Below, piece by piece: positions 37,724-46,320 of a stretch of 64,000 nucleotides of DNA (position 1 is its first letter; each line of letters begins with the position of its first letter). The notes under the pieces were generated by a model. That model did not search any database, had not been told where the DNA came from, and saw nothing but the letters and a program-made list of their open reading frames with translations. A program made the position numbers and the translations under genes. Source of the DNA: Armatimonadota bacterium (GTDB lineage Bacteria; Armatimonadota; Fimbriimonadia; Fimbriimonadales; GBS-DC); NCBI GenBank assembly GCA_037445735.1, contig JBBIJY010000012.1:1-64000 (forward strand), read 5' to 3'.

Positions 37724-40129
37724 ATGCTGAATGAACACTCGACCACTGGCAGGGCTGCCGTGCTGGGCGCGGGCACGATGGGCGCGCAGATTGCAGCGCA
37801 TCTTGCCAATATCGGCTGGCAGGTATTGCTCTTAGATATCGTGCCGACCAGCCTGATGCCCGATGAAGAGGCGCGCGGGCTAACCCTCCAGCACAGAGAG
37901 GTGCGCAATCGTATCGCCCGCACAGGGCTGGAGCGCGTAAGCAAGCTGAAACCCGCGCCTTTCTATCTGCCCGAACTCGCCAGCCGAATCGAAATCGGCA
38001 ACTTCGAAGACGATTTGCCCCGCCTCAAAGAAGCTGACTGGGTGATCGAAGCGGTGGTGGAAGACCCCACCATCAAACGCCAGCTGTGGACGCGCGTGCA
38101 GGACTATGTGAACCCCAGCGCCATCCTGTCCACCAACACCAGCGGGCTGTCGATCCACGAGATGAGCGACGATTGCCGCGACGACATCAAGCGGCGGTTT
38201 ATGGGCACCCACTTTTTCAACCCGCCCCGCTACCTCAAGTTGCTGGAGATCATCCCGCGTCACGAGACTGAACCCGATCTGGTAGCAGGCATGGTGCGTT
38301 TCGCCGAGCGCGTGCTGGGCAAGCGCGTGGTGATTGCCCGCGACACGCCCGGCTTCATCGCCAATCGGCTCGGCATCCACAGCATGATGATTGTGTTCCC
38401 GCTGATGCAGGAGTTCGGGCTAACGATTGAGGAGGTGGACGCGCTCACCGGTCCGCTGGTCGGGCATCCACGCAGTGCCACTTTCCGTTTAGCCGATATC
38501 GTGGGGCTGGATGTGATGGCGAGCGTTGCCCGCAACCTGCATGAACGGCTGACCACCCCCGAAGAGAAGGCGGTCTTCGCGCTGCCCGAGGTGGTTCAGC
38601 GGATGATCGCCGAAGGCAGGCTGGGTGAGAAAGCGGGTGCAGGTTTCTACCGTCGCCTGCCCGATGGCACCATCGAAACGCTCGATCTCGAAACTTTCGA
38701 GTACCGCCCGCGTCAGCGTCCGAATTTCCCGCACCTTGAACCGCTGGAGAAGCTACCGCTGGAGGAGCGCCTGCGCGCGCTGGTCAACCACGACAGCCGC
38801 GAAGGGCGGTTCCTGTGGCGATTACACGCTGAGGGTCTGCACTATGTGGCGACCCACGCGCCCGAACTCACTGATGACCCCACCACCATCGATAACGCCA
38901 TCAAGTGGGGCTTCAACTGGGAGCTGGGTCCGTTCGAAATCTGGGATGCGCTCGGCGTGCGCGAAACCGCCGAACGGCTCCAGCAAGACGGCAAAACTGT
39001 ACCCCCCATTGTGCAACAGCTTCTGCAAAAGGGGCGCACCCGCTTCTATGAGACCACCAGGACAGGCGAGACCACTCTCTTCGTATGGGTGGAGGGCGGC
39101 ACAGTGGTACCGTATCGCCCTGATGAGGAGTTCCTCACGCCGAATGCGATGGCGCGTACCAAACCCAAACTGGACGGCAACAGCGATGCCTCGCTTTTTG
39201 ACCTGGGCGACGGCGTCTACTGCATGGGCATCCACACCAAGATGAACACGCTCGGACCCAGCGTGATGGAGATGCTTTACAAGAGCATCGACCGTGCCGA
39301 GCGCGAAGCGAAAGGGCTGGTCATCACTGGCATCGGCGAGCATTTCTCCGTCGGGTTCAACATCCAGCTGTTTTTGATGATGATCGGTGCAGGCGACTTC
39401 GATGAGCTGATGATGGGCGATAAGGCATTTCAGGATTCGCTACTGCGCCTGCGCTATGCAAAGGTGCCCGTGGTGGCTGCGGTGTTCGGCTACACGCTGG
39501 GCGGTGGCTGCGAGCTGGCGATGCACTGCGACAAAGTGGTCGCCAGCGCGGAGACCTACATCGGCTTGCCGGAGGTGGGCGTGGGTATCATCCCGGCAGG
39601 TGGCGGCACCACCACGATGCTCCGCCGCGCACTGAGCGCTCTGCCACCGAACGCCGACCCCTACCCCGCCATTCGGCGCGTGCTGGAGACGCTCGGCTTC
39701 GGCAAGGTCGCCACCAGCGCATTAGAAGGGGTTCAGCTCGGCTTCCTGCGGGAGGGCGTCGACCATGTGGTGGTTAATCCCGACCGCCTGCTGTGGGCTG
39801 CCAGGCAGGAAGTGTTGCACCTTGCCGATGTGGGCTATCAGCCGCCTGAAGAGCCGAAAATCATGGCGTACGGCGATTCGGTCTACTCGCGTCTGCTGGT
39901 GGAACTGCACAACCTGCGTCGAGGCAACTTCATCACCGATCACGACCTGCTGATTACCTCCCAGCTGGCGTATGTGCTGACAGGAGGCGACCTCACCCAG
40001 CCGACCGAGATGCCCGAATCGTACTTCTACAATCTGGAGGTGCAGGTGGTCGGCTTGCTGGCGCAACAACCGAAGACATGGGAACGCATGCGCCACATGC
40101 TCGAAAAGGGCAAACCGCTACGCAACTGA
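37724..40129 (+). CDS. fadN: 3-hydroxyacyl-CoA dehydrogenase / enoyl-CoA hydratase fusion (FadN-like)
   Basis: VLGAGTMG, EAVVE, STNTSG, HFFNPPRY, GFIANR, LGGGCE, GLPEVGVGIIPAGGG, GKPLRN. Confidence 0.88.
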   Translation: MLNEHSTTGRAAVLGAGTMGAQIAAHLANIGWQVLLLDIVPTSLMPDEEARGLTLQHREVRNRIARTGLERVSKLKPAPFYLPELASRIEIGNFEDDLPRLKEADWVIEAVVEDPTIKRQLWTRVQDYVNPSAILSTNTSGLSIHEMSDDCRDDIKRRFMGTHFFNPPRYLKLLEIIPRHETEPDLVAGMVRFAERVLGKRVVIARDTPGFIANRLGIHSMMIVFPLMQEFGLTIEEVDALTGPLVGHPRSATFRLADIVGLDVMASVARNLHERLTTPEEKAVFALPEVVQRMIAEGRLGEKAGAGFYRRLPDGTIETLDLETFEYRPRQRPNFPHLEPLEKLPLEERLRALVNHDSREGRFLWRLHAEGLHYVATHAPELTDDPTTIDNAIKWGFNWELGPFEIWDALGVRETAERLQQDGKTVPPIVQQLLQKGRTRFYETTRTGETTLFVWVEGGTVVPYRPDEEFLTPNAMARTKPKLDGNSDASLFDLGDGVYCMGIHTKMNTLGPSVMEMLYKSIDRAEREAKGLVITGIGEHFSVGFNIQLFLMMIGAGDFDELMMGDKAFQDSLLRLRYAKVPVVAAVFGYTLGGGCELAMHCDKVVASAETYIGLPEVGVGIIPAGGGTTTMLRRALSALPPNADPYPAIRRVLETLGFGKVATSALEGVQLGFLREGVDHVVVNPDRLLWAARQEVLHLADVGYQPPEEPKIMAYGDSVYSRLLVELHNLRRGNFITDHDLLITSQLAYVLTGGDLTQPTEMPESYFYNLEVQVVGLLAQQPKTWERMRHMLEKGKPLRN

Positions 40130-40156
40130 AAAAATCCCCCCGATGAGAGCAGTATG

Positions 40157-40188
40157 AAAAACCCCCTCCCTCTGAAGGGGAGGGGGAG
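40157..40188 (-). terminator. GC-rich hairpin terminator
   Basis: CCCCCTCCC/GGGAGGGGG stem followed by a U-tract on the minus strand, after the 40204 gene. Confidence 0.6.
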
Positions 40189-40203
40189 ACCAATCGCGCG
40201 TTG

Positions 40204-41418
40204 CTACCGCCTCTGCATCTTGCGCTCTGCTGCCTGGAGAGTCTCGCGAATCGTGAACCCCAGTGGCTGTCCCGACCCAACCTTGCGCCGTGCCGACTGG
40301 AGCGCTTCGGCTGCGCCCGGCGGAACAAAGTTATGCCACTGGTTCCGTGCCTGCGTGCCCCACCAGTCCATTCGCTCGCTATAGCACCAGACATACTCAT
40401 CAGTAAGATAGAGCGCCCAGTAGGCGTTATGTTCCAGCCAGCGAGCGCGCTCCTCTGGCGAGAGAAAGAAGCTTACAAAACGCTCGGGATTCGGCTGACG
40501 CAGCGCGAACAGCTGATCCATATACAGCGCGAAGCCCGCCTGCACATGCGATGAATACTTGCGCCGGTTCTCAGGCGCAACCAGCGTGAGCGCCCGCTGC
40601 TTCATCAGATGATAGGCGCGAAAATACTGCTCGGCGTCCTGATAGTAATATGCCGATTCGTTGCCGTCCACAATCAGTGTCTGTCCGCTGATGGCATCCA
40701 GCATCCCGTTCAGGAAGGCAGGCAGTAAACCATAGGGGTGATTGTTGAGGCGTCGGGTGCGTTCCTCTCGATCGGGGATGTCCACAATAGTCGGAAACTG
40801 GCTCAGCTGAAAGAAAGTTAGCAGGCGCAGATCGGGGAACTCGCTCTGTAATGCCTGTAGAAAGCGTGCCCCGCACTCCCGCACGCGGCGCTGGTACTGA
40901 TCAAAACTTTTGCGTTGTGCCTGCGGTTGAGAAGGATAGTGCCACGGATTGCCGTTGTACGGTTCGGGATCGAAACAGATGCCGACCATTTTGCCCTCTC
41001 TGGCGATTCGGGCAATCAGGCGCGCGTTCTGCTCGGCAGCCTGCCAGTGCTGGGCGTCGAACCAGTCCCAGCCTTTTTGCGCGGTGCTCCACATCAGCAC
41101 AAAGTTTTCAGTGAACCGCTCAAACGGGGTCGCCTGCAGGTTGGCACGGTCGTCGATGTACTCGGTAGCATCGGTCGGGCGGGCGCGGAAGATATGAACC
41201 GGATAAGTCTGCCAGCCACCTTTGAGGCGAATCACAATCCCATCAAAGAAGGGACACTTCTGCTCCATCGCGCGAATGTTTGCCCGCACAAATGCGGGGT
41301 CGGGTACGCCCCAACCGTACTGGATCAATTTCTTGCGCGGTCGATCACCCTGCACCTGTTGCGCGATAACCAACTTTCTGGAAGCCCGGTAAGCATGCCG
41401 AGCCAGTCTCTCACGCAT
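40204..41418 (-). CDS. Hypothetical protein, possible glycoside hydrolase-like TIM barrel
   Basis: KKLIQYGW, GICFDPEPY, IVDGNE, DEYVWCYSE; GGAGGGG RBS. Confidence 0.55.
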   Translation of the reverse strand: MRERLARHAYRASRKLVIAQQVQGDRPRKKLIQYGWGVPDPAFVRANIRAMEQKCPFFDGIVIRLKGGWQTYPVHIFRARPTDATEYIDDRANLQATPFERFTENFVLMWSTAQKGWDWFDAQHWQAAEQNARLIARIAREGKMVGICFDPEPYNGNPWHYPSQPQAQRKSFDQYQRRVRECGARFLQALQSEFPDLRLLTFFQLSQFPTIVDIPDREERTRRLNNHPYGLLPAFLNGMLDAISGQTLIVDGNESAYYYQDAEQYFRAYHLMKQRALTLVAPENRRKYSSHVQAGFALYMDQLFALRQPNPERFVSFFLSPEERARWLEHNAYWALYLTDEYVWCYSERMDWWGTQARNQWHNFVPPGAAEALQSARRKVGSGQPLGFTIRETLQAAERKMQRR

Positions 41419-41479
41419 GGCGATTCCCCTCCATCAGAACGATTCGCACTGGACGGAGCCGAATCCTGCCCACAACCCC

Positions 41480-41507
41480 TAAAGATTACCAGCCCCGCTG
41501 CCGATAA
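41480..41507 (+). promoter_or_regulatory. sigma28 (FliA/SigD) promoter
   Basis: TAAA-N16-GCCGATAA, near-perfect consensus. Confidence 0.75.
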
Positions 41508-41559
41508 TATTGACGGGACACGCGTGAACCCAAATCTCTCACTCTGAAGGAGGTTAGCG

Positions 41560-41958
41560 ATGCAGAAGGTGTTCTTTGCGACAGGTGGTTCGGAGTTCAG
41601 CCGCTATGCGAGCGGCACGCCCAGCAGCTGGTATATCAGCACCGCGACCAGCACCGAGCAGACGCTCACCGAGTATCAACAGGGCAGCTGGAGCGCGGTC
41701 TTCGTCTATGTTGGCAGCCCGACGAGCTCGACCAACCAGTTCAACGCCCAGTCGTTCATCAACTTCGTGCGCACCCAGTCGACCAACCCGAACATCCCCG
41801 TGTTTCTGATCATTCCCGCCCAGTATGCGTCCCAGGCGTCCACACTCCAGCAGACCACGAACGCGACCGGCTATGTCATCTGGGACCCGAACAACCCCGC
41901 GGAGTTCGTGAATCAGGTTCAGACCACGCTCACCCGCTACAATGTGGTGGCTGCCTGA
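41560..41958 (+). CDS. S/T/N/Q-rich pseudo-receiver (CheY-like fold) protein
   Basis: AAGGAGG RBS, own terminator, strongly biased codons; REC-like pattern without the DD, phospho-Asp, Thr and Lys residues. Confidence 0.7.
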   Translation: MQKVFFATGGSEFSRYASGTPSSWYISTATSTEQTLTEYQQGSWSAVFVYVGSPTSSTNQFNAQSFINFVRTQSTNPNIPVFLIIPAQYASQASTLQQTTNATGYVIWDPNNPAEFVNQVQTTLTRYNVVAA

Positions 41959-41981
41959 GCGGACGCGCTTCTGATCCGCCG

Positions 41982-42013
41982 AAACCCCTCCCCACTCCTG
42001 GGGAGGGGTTTTT
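41982..42013. terminator. Bidirectional intrinsic terminator
   Basis: AAACCCCTCCCCA-CTCC-TGGGGAGGGGTTTTT between convergent genes. Confidence 0.8.
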
Positions 42014-42027
42014 ATGTTTGCGGGAGT

Positions 42028-43242
42028 TTATGCGCTTCGCAGTTGCGGCTCGGTGGAGATGGTCAGGGGCGGCTGGAGGCGTTCCGCTTCGGCGGCGGGC
42101 AGGAAGATGGAGAAGCGCGTGCCTTTGCCCACCTCGCTGGCGACCCGAATCGTGCCGTTATGCTCCGCGATGACCTGCCGGGCGATGGAGAGTCCCAGCC
42201 CTGTGCCCTCCGCTTTGCGCGTGTAGAACGGCTCGAAGATTCGCTCCAGAGCATCGGGCGGGATGCCCTCGCCTGTATCTTCCACATGCACCCACACGCC
42301 TCTGGGATCTTCGGATGGCTCGCTGGTGACGGTGATGACGCCGCCTGCGGGCGTCGCCTGCTGGGCGTTGATCAGCAGGTTGGTGAATACCTGCTGGAGG
42401 CGGGCGGCATTTCCCCACACGGGCGGCAAGTCAGGCGTCAGGTTCTTCTGCAGCACCAGCCCATGCCGCAACAGCACATGCTCGGTGAACACGAACGAAT
42501 CGCTCAGCACCTGATTGATGTTCACGAGGCTGCGCTGGGCGGGGTCGGAGGTGCGGGCAAAGCGCAGGAGCGTGCTGACAATATCGCGAGCGCGATAGAC
42601 GCCCTGCATCATGTTCTCCAGCGCATGGAGCAACCGTTCACTTTCGGCGTCGGACAGCTCACTCGCGCGTTTGTGCTTGAGTTTCTCGTAAATCATCTGG
42701 GCGAAGCCCAGCACGGCGGTCAGCGGGTTGTTCAGCTCGTGCGCCACGCCCGCCGCCAGCTGCCCGATTGCCGACATCTTCTCGTTCTGGATGAGCGCCT
42801 CCGACTTCTGCTTCAGCTCCTCATAGGCTTGCTGGAGCTGTTCGAAGAGCATGCGATTGTGCCGCCGCAGGTTGCGTCGCTCCAGCGCGCGCTCCACGAT
42901 GGTGTTCAGCACGGCGATATCGTCCAGCGGCTTGAGCAGATATTCGAAGATGTTGCCCGCCTTGAACGCCTGCAGCGCGTTTTCGAGCGTGCCGTGCCCC
43001 GTCAGCACGATGATCTCGGTGTCGGGATGGAGTTCGTGTGCCGCGCTGATGACGCTCAAGCCATCCTTGCGGGGCATCTTCATGTCGGTGATGACGACGG
43101 GATACTCGCGCTGTCGCAGTTTCTGGATGGCTTCCTCGCCGTTGCTGGCGGTCTCCACCTGAAAGCCCCCCATTTGCAACTGACGCGCCAGCACATAGCG
43201 CAAATCTTCCTCATCGTCCACAATCAGGATCGGTTCCTCCAC
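42028..43242 (-). CDS. REC-HisKA-HATPase hybrid kinase (NtrB-type H box)
   Basis: ILIVDDE, VITDMKMP, AGVAHELNNPL, QVFTNLLINA, DTGEG, GTGLGL. Confidence 0.9.
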   Translation of the reverse strand: MEEPILIVDDEEDLRYVLARQLQMGGFQVETASNGEEAIQKLRQREYPVVITDMKMPRKDGLSVISAAHELHPDTEIIVLTGHGTLENALQAFKAGNIFEYLLKPLDDIAVLNTIVERALERRNLRRHNRMLFEQLQQAYEELKQKSEALIQNEKMSAIGQLAAGVAHELNNPLTAVLGFAQMIYEKLKHKRASELSDAESERLLHALENMMQGVYRARDIVSTLLRFARTSDPAQRSLVNINQVLSDSFVFTEHVLLRHGLVLQKNLTPDLPPVWGNAARLQQVFTNLLINAQQATPAGGVITVTSEPSEDPRGVWVHVEDTGEGIPPDALERIFEPFYTRKAEGTGLGLSIARQVIAEHNGTIRVASEVGKGTRFSIFLPAAEAERLQPPLTISTEPQLRSA

Positions 43243-43369
43243 TGCGGTTCACCTCTGTGTTTGACTCGCTGGTCAGGATTTTCGGCAGATACGCCCCTTT
43301 TTTGGAGCGGGCATCCGTCGGCAGGAAGCGCACGCCCTTTATCGAACCTGCGGGTGAACGGAGCGAGCG

Positions 43370-44908
43370 ATGTTAGCGAAGGTCGATAGCGCGGCGTTGC
43401 ACGGGATTGATGCCTTCACGGTTCAGGTGGAGGTCGATATGCAGCCGGGTATGCCCCACTGGACGCTGGTGGGGCTGCCCGACACGGCGGTGCAGGAATC
43501 GCGCGAGCGCGTGCGCACCGCCATCCGCAATGTGGGGCTGGACTTCCCCCTGCGAAAGTTGACCATCAATCTCGCGCCTGCCGATGTGCGCAAAGAGGGA
43601 CCCGCCTATGATCTGCCGATTGCCGTCGGCATTCTGGCGGTCTCGGAACAGATTCCGCTCGATCGGCTGGACGAGACGCTGATTGTGGGCGAGCTGTCGC
43701 TGGATGGGAGCGTGCGCGCGGTGAACGGCGTGCTGTCGATCGCCCTGCACGCGCGCGAGTCGGGCAAGCGACGGCTGATCGTGCCCGCGGTGAACGCGCT
43801 CGAAGCCGCTGTCGTGCGCGAGATAGAGGTGATTGGCGTCGACAGTCTGGTGGATGTGGTGCAATACTTTCACGATCCTGACAGTCGTCCGCCGACGCGC
43901 GTCGATGTGAACGCGCTGTTGAGCGCGCTGCCCGATTATGAGGTCGACTTCGCCGAGATTCGGGGTCAGGAGCAGGCGAAGCGGGCGCTAGAGATTGCGG
44001 CGGCGGGCGGGCACAATGTGCTATTAATAGGACCGCCAGGTTCAGGCAAGACGATGCTGGCGCGGCGGCTGCCCACCATTTTGCCACCGATGACGCTGGA
44101 GGAGGCGTTGCAGACCACGCGCCTCTATAGCGCGGCAGGACTGCTGCCGCCCCGAACGGGACTGATGACCACGCGCCCGTTCCGCTCACCCCATCACACC
44201 ACCTCCTACGCTGCGCTGGTGGGCGGCGGCACCATCCCGCGCCCTGGCGAAATCTCGCTCGCGCATAACGGCGTGCTGTTTCTGGACGAGCTGCCAGAGT
44301 TCAAGCGCGATGTGCTGGAGGCGTTGCGCCAGCCGCTGGAAGATGGCGTCGTGTCGGTGTCGCGCGTGCAGGCTGCCGTGCAGTTCCCCGCGCAGACCAT
44401 GCTGGTCGCTGCGATGAACCCCTGTCCGTGCGGCTTTCACGGCGACCCCCAGCACAACTGCAACTGCTCGCCCACGATGATCCGCAAATATCTGCAGCGC
44501 ATCTCGGGTCCGTTGCTGGATCGGATCGATATTCACTTAGAGGTGCCGCGCCTGCGGCAGGATGAGCTGATGAGCCTTCAGCAGGGTGAGCCGTCGGCTG
44601 CCATTCGCGAGCGGGTGGTGCGCGCCCGCCTGCGCCAGCTGGAACGGCTCCAACCTTACGGGCTGGTCTGCAACGCGCAGATGAGCAGCAAGCTCGTGCG
44701 CCACTTCTGCCCGATCGGGGAGGAGGTGCGCGCCTACCTGCGGAACGCCGTGCAGCGACTGGGGCTGAGCGCCCGCGCCTTTGACCGCATCCTCAAAATC
44801 GCCCGCACCATCGCCGACCTCGAAGGCGAAGAGCAGATTCAACTCCCGCACATCGCTGAAGCCGTGCAATATCGCAGCATCGACCGCCGATTCTGGGGCA
44901 CCGGGTGA
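43370..44908 (+). CDS. comM: YifB/ComM family Mg-chelatase-like AAA+ ATPase
   Basis: VGLPD, GPPGSGKTMLA, RPFRSPHH, PGEISLAHNGVLFLDE, NPCPCG, LSARA. Confidence 0.9.
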   Translation: MLAKVDSAALHGIDAFTVQVEVDMQPGMPHWTLVGLPDTAVQESRERVRTAIRNVGLDFPLRKLTINLAPADVRKEGPAYDLPIAVGILAVSEQIPLDRLDETLIVGELSLDGSVRAVNGVLSIALHARESGKRRLIVPAVNALEAAVVREIEVIGVDSLVDVVQYFHDPDSRPPTRVDVNALLSALPDYEVDFAEIRGQEQAKRALEIAAAGGHNVLLIGPPGSGKTMLARRLPTILPPMTLEEALQTTRLYSAAGLLPPRTGLMTTRPFRSPHHTTSYAALVGGGTIPRPGEISLAHNGVLFLDELPEFKRDVLEALRQPLEDGVVSVSRVQAAVQFPAQTMLVAAMNPCPCGFHGDPQHNCNCSPTMIRKYLQRISGPLLDRIDIHLEVPRLRQDELMSLQQGEPSAAIRERVVRARLRQLERLQPYGLVCNAQMSSKLVRHFCPIGEEVRAYLRNAVQRLGLSARAFDRILKIARTIADLEGEEQIQLPHIAEAVQYRSIDRRFWGTG

Positions 44909-45003
44909 AAATCGATGTCCGCTTTTTGGGGGTTTTTTGAGTCTATTAAGGGTGGATGACCTCTCACAGGGGTCAGCCAACAGGGCGAAAATTTAGAGAC
45001 ATC

Positions 45004-45054
45004 GGCGGCGCTGGGCTTTGATCCTCCTTTCGACAGCGTCGCCCATTTTTTTTT
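45004..45054 (+). terminator. Stem-loop plus U-tract with an anti-SD loop
   Basis: GGCGGCGCTG/CAGCGTCGCC 10-bp stem, 20-nt loop containing CCTCCTTTC, then CA and T9. Confidence 0.55.
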
Positions 45055-45056
45055 CG

Positions 45057-45114
45057 CCTGCATAACAGCGCCCCGACGGGTATACCCTGCATAACAACGC
45101 CCCGACGGGTATAC
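45057..45114 (+). repeat. 29-bp tandem duplication (1 mismatch) covering the htrA promoter
   Basis: CCTGCATAACAGCGCCCCGACGGGTATAC / CCTGCATAACAACGCCCCGACGGGTATAC. Confidence 0.9.
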
Positions 45115-45133
45115 TGGGAAAGGAGGCGAGGTT

Positions 45134-46303
45134 ATGAAAACGGCGGGTCAGACGATGCGTAAGGTGCTGGGGTTCCTGCTACTGTTCGCGTGCGGTTTTG
45201 TGGCGGGCGTGTATGTGCTGCGCACCTATTTCCCGGGGTTGCTTGTGAACGGCTTATCGGCGCCGGCGCAGGTGAGCGAGCCGAGCAGGCGGGCGCTGCT
45301 CGCCACGCTGGAGGCGCCAGTGCCTGCAGGTGCGCCGCCCACCTCCTTCGAGACGATGCTGCGAACCGCCACCGAGCGTATCGCGCCTGCTGTTGTGAAT
45401 GTGGACACCTCCGGTGAAGTGCTGACCTGGTGGGGTGAAGCCCGCCGCGTGGAGGGCAAAGGCTCCGGCGTGATTATCAATAAGGACGGTTTCGTGGTCA
45501 CGAACAACCATGTGATCCGAATCCGCAACGAGATAGCGCCGCAAATCATCGTGACGCTGGCTGATGGGCGACGGTTCCGCGCGCGCGTCATCGGCACCGA
45601 CTCCTACAACGATATTGCTCTGCTCAAGATCGATGGGACGAACCTGCCCGTTGCGCCGCTGGGCGACTCCGACCAGTTGCATGTGGGGGACTGGGTGATT
45701 GCCGTGGGCAACCCGTTCGGGCTGGAGAACACGGTGACGGCAGGCATCGTCAGCGCGTTGAACCGCAATCTGTCAGGGGGTGAGGAGGTGCCAGGCGGTC
45801 TGATTCAGACCGACGCAGCGATCAACGCGGGCAACTCCGGGGGCGCACTGGCGAACTCACGCGGGCAACTGGTCGGCATCAACACCGCCATCTATTCGCC
45901 AGTGGGCGCCAATGTGGGCATCGGCTTCGCCATCCCCATCAATCGGGTGCGTCAGGTGGTGCGCGATATTCTGGAGCATGGCTCCATCGGCAGAGTGTGG
46001 CTGGGGATTGGCTACCGCGACATCAGCGATCCCGCGCTGCGCCGCCTGCTGCAGGAACAGTTCCCCGACCTGCGCTTCCCGAAGCAGGGCATGCTGATTG
46101 TGAATGTGGTAGAGGGCGCGCCCGCTCATCGAGCAGGCATCCAGCCGCTGGATGTGCTGATTGCGATGGACGGACGCACGCTGACCAGCATCGAGCAGTT
46201 CCAGCAGATGATCCGCCGCGTGCGCCTGAACCGACCCATCCGATTCATCGTCTGGCGTGCAGGGCGCACGCTGACCATCGATGTGGTGCCCGTCGAGCGG
46301 TGA
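45134..46303 (+). CDS. htrA: HtrA/DegP-family serine protease with one PDZ domain
   Basis: GSGVII, VTNNHV, DIALLK, IQTDAAINAGNSGG, GIGFAIP. Confidence 0.92.
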   Translation: MKTAGQTMRKVLGFLLLFACGFVAGVYVLRTYFPGLLVNGLSAPAQVSEPSRRALLATLEAPVPAGAPPTSFETMLRTATERIAPAVVNVDTSGEVLTWWGEARRVEGKGSGVIINKDGFVVTNNHVIRIRNEIAPQIIVTLADGRRFRARVIGTDSYNDIALLKIDGTNLPVAPLGDSDQLHVGDWVIAVGNPFGLENTVTAGIVSALNRNLSGGEEVPGGLIQTDAAINAGNSGGALANSRGQLVGINTAIYSPVGANVGIGFAIPINRVRQVVRDILEHGSIGRVWLGIGYRDISDPALRRLLQEQFPDLRFPKQGMLIVNVVEGAPAHRAGIQPLDVLIAMDGRTLTSIEQFQQMIRRVRLNRPIRFIVWRAGRTLTIDVVPVER

Positions 46304-46320
46304 AGCGGGGCACGCTGCGT

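Noticed and set aside
44964-45032. Minus-strand AAAGGAGG followed by a short ORF MSLNFRPVG
   Set aside because: SD-to-ATG spacing of about 20 nt is too long; better explained as the anti-SD loop on the plus strand
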